Assembly: GCA_004431415.1 (NCBI GenBank) | Contig: QPMI01000495.1 | Coordinates: forward strand, 62,001 to 126,000 | Length of the DNA stretch: 64,000 nucleotides | DNA from: Cyanophora paradoxa CCMP329 | Taxonomy: Eukaryota; Plantae; Glaucophyta | Direction: 5' to 3' | Part shown: piece after piece, positions 12,046 through 23,700 of the stretch | Layout: every line of letters begins with the position of its first letter | Numbering within the stretch: the first letter of the stretch is position 1 | The notes under the pieces: generated by a model | Database searches by the model: none | Told to the model about the DNA's origin: nothing | What the model saw: the letters and a program-made list of their open reading frames with translations, nothing else | Position numbers and translations under genes: made by a program

Positions 12046-12061
12046 CCCTAACCCTAACCCT
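12046..12061 (-). repeat. Interstitial telomeric repeat (CCCTAA)2CCCT
   Basis: ccctaaccctaaccct lies between the 24-bp array and the WDR18 copy. Confidence 0.75.
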
Positions 12062-12231
12062 GTCTTCTCTCTGTCTGCACAGATTTTGCGCTGATTCATG
12101 GCAGATATGGCACCCGACCTCTGGCACCCAGCTGGCAACTATCATCATGCCATCGCCCCTAAATTGCTTGGTTGTCGACCCCATGGAGCACCGTGTCTTT
12201 GCTGGAGGCACTGATGGACAAGTCTATGAGT
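12062..12231 (+). pseudogene. 170-bp inverted duplicate of a WDR18 intron+exon segment (source 3375-3544)
   Basis: Matches the reverse complement of 3375-3544 with 4 mismatches by my count. It retains intron sequence and the acceptor, and encodes IWHPTSGTQLATIIMPSPLNCLVVDPMEHRVFAGGTDGQVYE. Confidence 0.95.
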
Positions 12232-12238
12232 GCCAGAA

Positions 12239-15200
12239 TTACTTTCCTGCCATGCGCTCCTTAAGCCGCTGTTGGATCAACGCAGCTGCAGCTGCAGCTT
12301 CCGCTGCCGGGTTGCCCGCCCCGCGCCCACCAGCTCCACGACCGCCACCTTGATTGATCGAGTTGTAGTCGAAGGGCAACGCATTGAACGATCCAGCACC
12401 CGCTGAGCCGCGGCCACGTCCAGCTCCACGCCCACGACCCCCTCCTAAGCTGGGCTCGGATGACTGAAATACGGGAGGAGGAACGTTGTGGGATGTGCTG
12501 GCGCTCGGTGCATATGCAGCCGCCGCTGGCGGCACTGGTGCAGCATGCATGGATGGAGCAAAGGGGGGTGGCCGGGCTGGTGCTGGTTGGGCATGGGGCT
12601 GTGATGCTGCCGTATGGTAGGAGTGAAGCGTCGTCTCCTGATCTGAAGCTCGTTGAAATGTGACTGGGCCTGCTGAAGAGCTGCTGCCACCTCCACTGAA
12701 GCCAACGCCAACACGTGCAGGGCCACTGCCCCGTCCGCGGCCCCGGCCACCTCCACGGCCACCCTTGCCATGGTACCTCCTGAACAGCAAGGGTGAGCAC
12801 TCTCGATTATCGAAACCGACAGAAACGCACCTATTTCCGGCAAGCTCGGTAAGGGCTGCAGGAACTGGCTGCCCAGCAGACTCCAGGCTTTTGATGAGGC
12901 CAGCTGGAAAGCAGAAGAACGTCAAGGGCGTAAACAGTAAAGGAAAGCAGAAGAGAAAGCGTGTCGCACGAGCATGTTTGCCCTCTTCCTTTATGATCAG
13001 TGTGTAAGCCGTTCCTGTGAATCCAATGAGACATTGTCCGACGAGGCTGCACACAAGAAATGAGAACCGTCGGTTGCTCCTGCTCGCCCTGTTCGCCCAA
13101 TTCGGTGTGTATGGGTGTCGTGATCCCGGGCAACATCGAAGTTGACCACAGTCTTGATAGACTTGATGTCCAGTCCTCGGGCAGCAACATCAGTTGCCAC
13201 AAGGATGGGCAACGTGTTGCTGTGCGATCTTGTCAGCCCTAGAAAGAATTGCTCAATTTAGGTCGCACTTTTTGATCATCTTGACAACCTCGGAACGCTC
13301 CCACTGCTGCAGGTCTCCATGAATTGCAGCAGCTGCTGGTCTGCTCAGATGCTGAGATGGTGCCTCAAGAACAGGGACAAACCTGGGAATCCATTTTGTA
13401 CAAGGTTTTTTGAAAGTTCCTCGGCACCCTGTTTTGTGCTGACGAAAACAAGGACATTGCCTAGAGAAATAAATGTGCGGAGGCGTGCAATAAGCCAACC
13501 CCTATTTCAAGCACAAGTCAGAAGTGCAAATGCAGAGAGCACACTGCGAATGCATACCACTTGTCTGAATGATCGTTCAAAACGTCAACGACTTGCCGAA
13601 CATCAGCATTCGCCTCTCCAGCCTGCCCTACCGTAATTTTGGTAGGATCGGTGAGGATCTGGGTAAGGATTGGCGAGTGTGGTTGAAGCAAAATCAACAA
13701 ACTGTTGTTTAAAGCCACTCACATCACGGCAGAGAAGCTCCACATTTCTCTTGAAGGTCGCCGAGAAAAGCATCGCTGAATGAAGCCCTCTTATCACACA
13801 AACGCAATCGCTGCATGAGCACTCAGAAACTCACTCTGGCGATCTGGGCGACAACTGCTGACAATTGACCGTACTTGATACTGTCGAGCAAGGAATCAAT
13901 GCGGAATTGCATAATAATGAAGTAGAAAAAGGGCATCAGAGCACTCACTTCAAATCCCATATCAAACATCCTGTCGGCCTCATCTAACACTACATATGTA
14001 GTGCGGTGAAAATTCGTGCCTGTTGGCTTGTCAACCAGATGTACACGAGAGGTAGGAGAAAGATGCAAGAACCTTTCATCTTGACTATGTCAATCAGACG
14101 ACCGGGAGTCGCAATGACGATCTCTGCCCCTTGTCGAAGAGTCTAGAAAGAAATCAACCACAAGCACCTGTACACAGCAAGGGGGTCTTCAAGCACCTTG
14201 AATTGCTCGTGCTTCGAGGCGCCACCAAACACAGCTGCCACCCGGATACCATGGCCTTTGCTGAACTTGCGTGCCTCTACGTAGATCTGCTCTGCTAGCT
14301 CACGAGTCGGCACAAGCACAATTCCTGCGGGGCGTTGAGTTCACCGAAGCAGGCTTACTGGAGTGACGAAGACTCACCAATAGGACCCTCTCCTTTCTCC
14401 AGCTCACGCTGGTCCATGATATGCATGATCATAGGAAGAATGAATGCGGCGGTCTTTCCAGAACCAGTCTTGGCTATAAGAGCGTTGTGTTCAAAACGCA
14501 TTGCGAGCACGATCAAGTTTTCACGAGCGTGTACCAACGCCAAGGACGTCACGGCCACTCAGAAGGGCTGGAATCGCTTGTGCCTGGATGCTGGTGGGCT
14601 TCTCGTAGCCTTGTTTGGAGATGGCAGCCATCAGAATCTTGTCGAAGCCGCATTGGTCGAATTTTGAGATAGGCCTAGGCACCTCGGTGCCACTGACACG
14701 AACATCTAGGATGCATATGTCAGCCACAGAGGCCGTGAGGATGAAATGGAGGCTCACCAAGTGACCTTCTAACCTCGTGTACCTCCGCCTCCGTCATCTT
14801 GGCAATCTCTTCGCATTCTTCGTAAAAGCACTGAGAAAGAACGTGAGAAAGCTTCACAACTGCTGTCAAAAAGTTTTGCTCACTTTTTCGAACTGGAAGC
14901 CAGAGGAGAATCCGAATGATCGCGGGCAGCACGTCAGTTAATTACTCGCGCAAAAGCGCATTTGATGCAACTGCAGGCTCACCTCCTCATACTGAATCGT
15001 TGAGTGGTCAACTTTTTCGAGGGGAGCGATTTGGCCTCGCTTCGTCTCATCATCGTCGTCGTCGTTTGCGTCGGCCTCCTTTGCAGCTTTGTAAACCTGC
15101 CAAAAATGAGGAAAAGCAAACCAAGCGACAGACTGCAGCACTGACGCACCTCCTCGTCTGAATCCACATCGGCATCGGCGGCAGCGCTGGTGTCCTTGGA

Positions 15201-15609
15201 AGCAGGCAGGTGCTCGAATGGATCGTGAACCTCATCGAGGCTCTGCATTTAGCTGTACTGTAAGCCAACGCGATCTCCCGCGCGTATGTTGGGCGCGAGG
15301 CGCGGACCTTCTGCTTCTTGAGCACCTCCGCCTGCTTCTTCTTTTCCGCGTCCTCCTTTTTCTGAACACGCGCACATGAGCCACGCGGACCTGCGCTGCA
15401 AGTACACGCACCGACATGGACTTGATCTCTGCCATGAAAGCCTCGAGCGGGTCATCCTCCTCGGCCTTCTGCGCCGGCTGCGCGGGCTCGTCGTCCTCGT
15501 CGAGACGGATTAGCTTCCGCTTGTTCTCCTCAGGAGCGAAAGCTGCGACGGCGCTTGTCCGCTTTGCACCGCCGAAGGCGAACGAGAAGCCCCCGCCCCG
15601 CCCCGACAT
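12239..15609 (-). CDS. DDX42: DEAD-box RNA helicase DDX42 (SF3b125/RH24)
   Basis: [80 protein letters not shown] and an RGG-rich tail. Confidence 0.93.
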
Positions 15610-15983
15610 GTTATTCTCAAGACTGCGCGCGAAAACACAGGCTGCCCTTAGCTACAGCGGGGCGCTCAAGGTGGACTGGAAGGCGCTCAACTTGGCACGC
15701 TGGCCGGAAGCGCCCGCGCGCCGTACGTGCGCGCTTGAGCGCTTGAAGAAGGTAGCTATATAGTTCGCGTTCGTAGCTAACGCGTACAAGGATCTCGCAG
15801 CACGCTGCGTTCGCAGGTCACGGTTTCTCGAGCTCGGTCCCCCCTGGCCGCCGCCTCCCCCCCCCCCCCCCCCCGCTCCTCTCGATCGCGAGTTGACGTT
15901 CTCGCGAGCTCTGCGCTTCCGCAGAGCTCTGCGCTTCCGCAGCGCGGCATGGCAGGAAGCGATAAATTCTAAACGGGAAGGGC

Positions 15984-17193
15984 TCATGCAGTGACAGCAA
16001 GGAAGTAACTGAAAGGAACCTGCGCCACTGCTATGGCGAGAAGGAAGTAGTTGCGCTTGATGGCGTCCCCGTCCATCGCGCTCACGGCCACGGGCCTGAT
16101 CAGCATGCCCAATGACTTCATCTACGCAAAACAAATCAGCGTTTTGCTTCAGAAACTGCTGGTGGCTGTGGAATAGCGAACCGTGAAAACAGCCATACCA
16201 AGGCTCGTCACAAGCAGCGCTGGGTAGTAGAGAACTGGGGCAATAATGCCAGAGATAATGGTGATATTCACACTGCAAGCCAAACGGATCATGCAAAGCC
16301 GCCAATACGCAAGCCACAGTGACATACCCGACATACTTGTAGCCGGCATAGGAAATCGCATCGAAGAAGGGGAGCGGGGGGGAGTTCAAAAGGTAGAAAC
16401 CGAGTTTCAGGAGCAGGACTTCGAAGAGGAGGACACCCAAGCCAGAACTTGCAGTCATTCCGAGGACCTCGGGCTTGAACCTAGGCGGAACTGTTAGCTA
16501 CAACATACCATCTGCACCCTGACAGCTACGCACCGCTGCCCCAGGCCGAGCGTGTAGCCAACGGCGAGGATGTAGGTCACAAATGCCATCAAGGGGATGT
16601 ACAGGTCGGGCGCATTCAGGTCGTTGCGAGGGGGCATGTAGACCGATTCATTCTCTCCGCGCACGTCCTTCCTTTGCCTAGTCCAGCTCTGCATCGCGTG
16701 GGCGGGTCAGGCGCCAAGGCCGCATGTAGAACACATGCGCGCGGCACCTTGTGGACGTAGGGGAGCAGGAGAATCTTTAGTTTGTTCAGAACGTACAGAT
16801 TGTCGACTGCGAAGTACGAGCGAAGCCCCGCGTGCGTGATGCCGAACTTGGACAGCTGGCCGAACGTTAGCTAGAGACAGAATGTGGCGCGCAAGGCGCT
16901 TCCGCACATTCGCTTGCACCATTTCGCGCCCAGAGCCGAGAAATCGGGAGCCTGAGGCATGCGTCAGCGCGCGGGCGACGCGGAGCGCAGATGAAAACGC
17001 GCCCATCTCCACGCCGAGCCCTGCGCCGGCGCGTTAGCTATCTGCGCACAGAGCCGGGCGACACAGCCGACGCACCGATGCCCGCCATGCCGGTGTTGTA
17101 GGGAGCGCCGTAGCCGTACGCTGGCGGCGCGTTGCCATATGCAGACGGCGCTTGCCCCGGCGGCGCTTGCGACGGTCCCGGATAGAAATCCAT
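15984..17193 (-). CDS. YIF1: YIF1 ER-Golgi membrane protein
   Basis: [49 protein letters not shown] and [11 protein letters not shown]. Confidence 0.93.
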
Positions 17194-17375
17194 CTCCTCT
17201 CCTCAGCGCGGCTGGCGGCTGCGGCGGGTCAAGACTTTGCGGCACCTGTACCCCCAAATTGTGTTGAGACAGATGAGTTCGCAATTGAAGTCGACATGAC
17301 GCGTACGTAGCTCGGTTGGACGTCTTTGATTTGTTACTACGCATACAATATAGATACAGTAAACGTTCTTAACGA

Positions 17376-20300
17376 CTACGATTGGGGAAGCGCGAGATCC
17401 TGTGGCTCCGACGAAGGGGGAGAAGGCGGGAGCAGCCTTGGGCTCGCGGTAATCGAGGGGATTCGGGGTGGCGGGGGTAGGAAAGGCACACGGCTGCCCT
17501 TTTGCCGGACGACCTGCTCAACGATGCTGGGTCTCCTCCTTGACACCTCCTCCACAGGCTCAGGTGGCTCAGGTGCATCGTCTGCAGCCTCCTGAACTGG
17601 CACATCCCATGCCGTGTTGTTGGTGCGTGTGGTCTTGACCCTAGTTGTCGAAATAGCACTCCGGCTCGAGGCCTGATCTCCCTCGAGCTCAATCCCCATG
17701 GGTGACTCAGCTGTGATCGCCCGCACAGCAATCTGCGTCTCGTCCATCTCCTGCTTGTTGCTATCAGCGCTAGTCGAGGCTGATGCTTGAGGTTCCGCGC
17801 TGACAGGGGCAATTTTGGCAGTCCGGTCCCTCCAGCTCTTCTTTGGTGCTGTAGCCTTTGGGGGCCTACCAACGTCCACATCAATGTTCTTGAGACTGCC
17901 ATTTTCTGAGCCCTCCTCGCGGCCATGCGCTTCGTGGAATTCGAATGTCAAGCTCTCGTTCCTGTGCAAGTTTGCAAGTTGTCAAGTTGTCAGGAAGTGA
18001 GGAGCTTAAAAGATATATTGGGCTCACCAAGTCGGATTGAGCGTCTTGCGGATGGTCTTGGTCTTCTTCATCTCAGAGCCGAATTGCACAGTGATGAAAG
18101 GATCGGATTTCCCGTTCAGGTCCTGAGAGAAGGATGAGCAATGGGACACAGATGCTTACAAAACACAAACCATGACGGGAAGATCCCTGGCTTCGATGAT
18201 GTGAGCCACAATAACGCCCTTGTGAATGCCGGTTCGCTGAGTCTCACTGCCAAGAAATCAGGGGGAAGGAAGAAGAATTGCACGCAAGAACTTACTCATT
18301 ACCAAGGGACTGGGAGTAGTAAAGAGATGCATGCACAGTTCCAGGAACTCTTTTCCCTCGCTCGTCTTCAAGCCCAAACCACTGGTGCAGACAAAGAGAA
18401 GAATGTCAAAACAGATTCACGGTTCAATGCATGAAAGCAAACCTCGTCAATCCGATCTCCATCTGCCAGCCGAGAGAAGGGAACCCGAAACAAGCCTATG
18501 AAATCATGGGCCGTAATATTGTCCTCATCCCAGACCTGCACACGATATATGAGCAACCCACAGAGGAACACAAGATGCGTGTTGATGGAAACCTTGACAA
18601 GCAGGGTTGGGCCGTCTTGCATTTCTTCCAGGAGCTTATTCTTAAGCTGGTTGATTGTTCGGTGGGTTCTGAAGCCCTTCTTGCGGTCGCCATCAGAACC
18701 AAAGAAGTGGACATCAGACTTCTTCTGTGCGGCAAGAGCACGAAGCTCTGGTACACCCTTCCGAGCAGGCAATTGAGACGCCAGAACAGAGGTGCCACGC
18801 AGAATGCGCTGATCTGTCAGAAATGCACGGAGATCCTTGTCCACACTAGCAGCCAGAGCATCAAGTGGGAGGTCATTGTCATCTGCAAATTGTGAGAAAT
18901 CTTACCACAATGAAAATAAATCGTCTGAGAGTTCACCATCGCCAAAAGGATCCTCAAGCTCCTCGGCAGTGCTCTTCAGCCCGTAGTAGAGTGAACCGAA
19001 GATGAGCATGGCTGCCGGAACACCCCAGCGACGCTTCACATTTCCACCCATTATGGCCACGAAGACAAAGGGCATTGTGAAGACGTAGAAAACCATCGCC
19101 ACTTGCAGCATTTGCTGTTACAGAAGCGGAATCAAAACGAAGGCTGGCTTAGAGAGAGAAGAGCACTCATGCACCGTGTATGGGAAGGGAATGGGGGTCG
19201 ACCAGATTGTTGAGAGCCTGGCCCAGTTCTGCATGATGCTGTTCACCTTCGACTCGAGCAACCTGAACTGCGAGGTGTGGATAACGTATCCCTCTCTTCT
19301 GAGCTGCTCAGTCTGCAGCAGAATCAGATGCAGAAGAGACAGAATAAGATAATGAAATGGCAGGAACCAGGGAAAGAATCCAGCCCGCGACTAATGCCAC
19401 TTTGCAGCCCTGATAGGTCTCAATTTGCTGCACCTCAGGTTCGGTGAACCAGTCCTGGCATGCATTCAGTCTCAAGACCTACATGGGAGGGCCAAAGGAA
19501 CACCTTCAGGAAGGAATAATCCATGTCCTCTGCAAACGATGCGGTAGGATCAGCATCGTTATGCAGAGTCTGCGTGACCAGAGCCAAGAAACCTCCAATG
19601 TCTAGGGGATGAGCAATCAGGACAACGGAATTGTGAACATTAGAGTGCAGGGCTCACAGCGAACAGCATTTGCACGCGCGAGTGCCGCATCCTCCTTCTT
19701 CGCATCGATAAAGTTGACGTACATCTGGTAAACCACATTTAGCATCCGATAAACTCGAAGGAAGTCGGGAAAGTAAAGCCCCGCACCAGAGCGAAGTCGC
19801 GGATCTGGGAGAACAAGGGGAAGGTCGATAAAAGATAAAAAAGGATCAAGATAACGTGCGCACATTTGCCATCAGCGCCCCGAAGACCGAGCGCCCGAAC
19901 CAGAAGCGGTCGTAGGAGATCTGGCTCTTGTTCACGAGCAAGAAGCCGAACGCACTGCGGGATGGATAAGCGAGTTAATTGCTGCGCGACAGCTTCGGAA
20001 GCTTCGCCGACCTAGCAGCGATGATGTGCGCTTGCGCCGGAAAGCCCAGCCCCTTCTCCACAGTCTCCGCATCAGCGATATCTGCAGGTCGCCGGTCGGG
20101 GCCCAGCTTTGAGAATCCATGCGCAACGCGAATGCCGCACTGGCTACGAGAGCGCCCCAGGCGGTGAGGAAGGCGACCTGAATCCACACACTTTTGTACA
20201 AGGACCCTTTCCTGCGGACGCAGAGCTAAGCGCGCTGGCTATAAGCTAAGCACGTTGCTGTACCACGCGAAGAAGATGTGAAAGACATCGGCCCATGTCT

Positions 20301-20378
20301 GCTGCTCTGCGTGCCGGTGTAAGCGGCGGGGCGCGCCGCCGCTCAAGCAAGCGGGGGGTGCGGACTGTAGTTGATCAT
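17376..20378 (-). CDS. Bestrophin-family (UPF0187/YneE-like) anion channel with a C-terminal circularly permuted C2 domain and disordered tail
   Basis: MINYK..FAWKGSLYK, GFLLVNKSQISYDRFWFGR, NIRDFA, STPIPFPY and AEELEDPFGDDDNDLPLD, followed by C2 motifs VKVWDED..HDFIG..EWFGL and IIEARDLPVMDLNGKSDPF..TKTIRKTLNPTWNE. Confidence 0.88.
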
Positions 20379-20790
20379 GGCGCTGGTGCTAGCGCGGCGA
20401 TCTCCCTCCTCTCTAGGCGCTAGCGTGTCGCTAGCCAGCCATAGCGCCCGCTGTGCCTTGAAGCGTCGCGTCCAGCCGTGTTAGCGCTAGCTGCTGCACC
20501 TGCAGTGTTGCCGCTGTGCAATAACAGTTGCCTAGCTGCAGTTGAAGTGTTGAGAATGCAGCGGATCCCCCCGGAAATTACTGCCGAATTCGCTTTGGGG
20601 TAGTCGATACATCCGCTTAGCGCTAGCTAACGCAAGCATGCAGCCGCCGGCCCAGCTTATAACCATAGTATGCATTCAACTTGACAAATTGAAAGTGCAG
20701 TGCCTTTCGCCAAGTGAAAACTGTCGCATGGCTGAAGCTTGAAGTTACATTGACTGGTCGCAGCTGAATTCGAATAAACAGTGCGGGGTC

Positions 20791-23700
20791 CTAGAAATCA
20801 TCATCAGAGTCCAATTGCATTGGATCACTCCCTGTGCTCCGCATCAGTATGAGGGAGCAAGGGCCAAGACAAAGAGGGCTGCTTGTTGCAGACCGCCCAA
20901 GACCGTGAAGTTGTCCAGAGCTCGTTTGGAGATCTCGTCGATCATCGCACTTTGAATGTATAAGGCACACTGCGGTGGCGGGATACAAATTCGACAAGAT
21001 TAACGTTCGATACGTGGTTAATTCTGCCCTGAGGCACAGGACAGATGCACCTTGTACACGTCAGGGTAGCGTGTCTCACAGTATTTCCGGCAGTTGTCCA
21101 CCATTAGCGCAATGTCGGCCTGGCCGGGGTACTTGGCATCCGACAACACGTCACATTGGGGGAGTACTGTGGCGCACGAGGAATTCGTCTGTGGACATGT
21201 ACTGGCCCTGGTCGCACTTGCGCTGGATGGTACTGAGGTCTGCGGAAGGTTATAGTTAGGATAATGATGCGCCTCCTAGCACTAAGTCTCGTACCTATGG
21301 GCCGCGATACGTAGCGACGGTAGTCTTTGAATGCTGCGGGGGGCGTGAGCGAGGTGGAACCGGGAGAAGGGAACAGCCTGCTCCGCCTGAGGTGGGGCAC
21401 ACTCTTTGTATCTGAGGCCGACAAGCGTTCATGAGTGACAGCAGGGAGCGGGTGGAGGCGTAAACGGGCGCACCGACGGGCTTGTTGAATGCGGTGGCGC
21501 CAGGGAGAGCACGGATCTGAGGGACGGTAGCACGTCAGGATTGAGGCAAGGAACGGATGGATAGCTGCGGATGGATAGAAGATACATATTCTAAGATAAC
21601 GCACCCCCGCGACGGCCTCGGAAAGCTTTTTGCCGAACGCGAGAGCCTCTGGGTTGTTGCTGCGGCACAGATGTTGTAAGCAGAGCAGCCCTCTCAACAA
21701 GAACGCTTTGGAATGGATCTTATGAATTCCGTGTGACGCTAGAGAGTCCAGAGGGCCCGCGGGTTCCACCTGGGCTTGGCCTTTTTAGCCCCGCTCAGCT
21801 CGTCCTCCCGCTTCCGCTTGGAGCTCGACGGCGGGGCCGGCTGTCGGATCGCTGCCGGGTTGATCTTGATCTGCGCGACGCGGACACCGCGTTCGAAAGG
21901 AAGACAAGCAAGTCTTCAGGAGGGGATGAAAGTGAACCTTGCTCCCCTCCAGCGTGACAGGCCCCTGATGAAAGAGGAGGGCAGGCGAGGAAGAAGATTA
22001 GGGATGTGGAGGGAAAGTCGTTCAGGATCAAGGATCCGCTCACGTACCCCCTCCCCCGCAAACCGAGGGCACTTGCGGCTTCCCTTGAGGTGGGTGTTCG
22101 ATCCACACTAGGAGATGGGTCAGGGCCAGGAAGGAAAGGGGCGGGAAAGAATAGATCCAGTGGTACCTTCGTGCAAATGATGGGGCGGCCCTGAGCCCTG
22201 TACCTCTCCATCCTGCGCGCACGCCTCAGCGCGGACGAAGAGACCGGGGGAAGGGGCAAAGGGTGGGAGTGGGTGGGTGGAAGGGGTGGGAGTGGGGAGA
22301 GGGGGGGTTTGGGGGAACACAGGGGTAGACGCACTTCTTCGCTTCCTTGACCTCCTGCCTTTTGATTTCCTCCTCGACGGTCATCGCTGCGCCGCGCTTC
22401 CTTAGGCGCCCCTCCTGCGGACGAGGTGTGAGAGCCGGCTTCAAGAAGAAAATCAAGGGAGAGTTTTCCATGCTGTGATGTAGAATGCTGAAGGAGCGGC
22501 GAGAAACTCTATACAGGAGCTGAAAGGGCAGACCTCGAACTGTTCAAGGAACTGGCTGATCTTCCCGGGGTCCGTCACCCTCTCCTCCACCATCGTCTGC
22601 AAGAGCGAAGCTGAGGGGCAGGCAGCGGGGGCAGGCGCAGGGAGAGCGCTCGGGCACCGTGCTGCCATCGGGGTTAACGATCGGCCGCCGAATGATCAGG
22701 ACCTTCCGCTTGGCGCCTGGGGGCGGAGGCGGGCCATCCTCCTCCCCGTCGCTCCCGGATTCGCCCCCAGACGACTCGGCCTCGGCACCCGCCGCCGCAG
22801 CCGCCGCTGCGGCCGCCGCGCCGTCCCCGGCAGCCGATTCGGCGTCCGAGTCCGAGAATAGCGCCTCTATATGATAAAAGAAGGCGGAGGTGAGCGGGAA
22901 ATGAAGAGGAAGGGCACGGGGGAGGCAGGCACCGGCGGAGGGCTCGGCGGGGCGCCCCGCGGCGGCAGCCGGCCCCGCCCCCGCTGCCTGGGCCTCGCGC
23001 TCCTTCTGCTCCTTGAGAAGAGCCTCCAGCTCCGCCCGCTCCTGCTCTTCCTCTTCGTTCTTGCCCTTGCGGCCCTGGCGCGCACAGAGCGGATCCGAGT
23101 CGGACGAGACAGCGCGATGCGAGATGAGAGGCCAGCAGCAAAGGGGACCTTGGGCGGTTGGGAGGGCTCGCCGCGGACGGCGGCGGCGAGGCGGCCGGGC
23201 TTGGGGCCCGCCCCCGCCTTGGGCTTCTCGCTGGGGCCCGCCTCCGCGAAGGCGTCGTCGAGCGCCGCCTCCAGCTCGCCCTCCAGCGACCTGCGCAAGA
23301 CCGCGGGGATCATAAGAGAAGAGGTCCACAGATCGCGAGAGATCAATGATCGAAGAGCGCACTGCTCGATCTGCTCCGCGAACTCGTCGAGATCTTCCTC
23401 CTCTGCGGGCGCCGGCGTCGGGGGCGCGCTCTTTCGCTGCTGCCACTGCCCTTACCGTCGTCCTCGTCGCGGGCGGCGAGGGCCGCCTTCGCCTTGTCGA
23501 AGATCTTCTGGATCTGCGGGGCGGCGGGGGCCGGGGCTCAGCGAGCGCAGCGCAGACATGTTCTGACAACCGTTTAGCACTTTGAACTCGGCGCACCTGC
23601 TCCTTGGACTGCACGAGCTGGAAGGCCATCGTCGCGCGCGTCCCGCGGGCGAACTGCGCGAGGCATCGATCATCAGCGGACTCGGGCGAGCCTCCACCGG

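Noticed and set aside
21739-21790. TAF1 ending at the in-frame TAG at 21739
   Set aside because: Downstream exons (21660 to 20791) encode a clear bromodomain with canonical splice sites, so the TAG is probably intronic.
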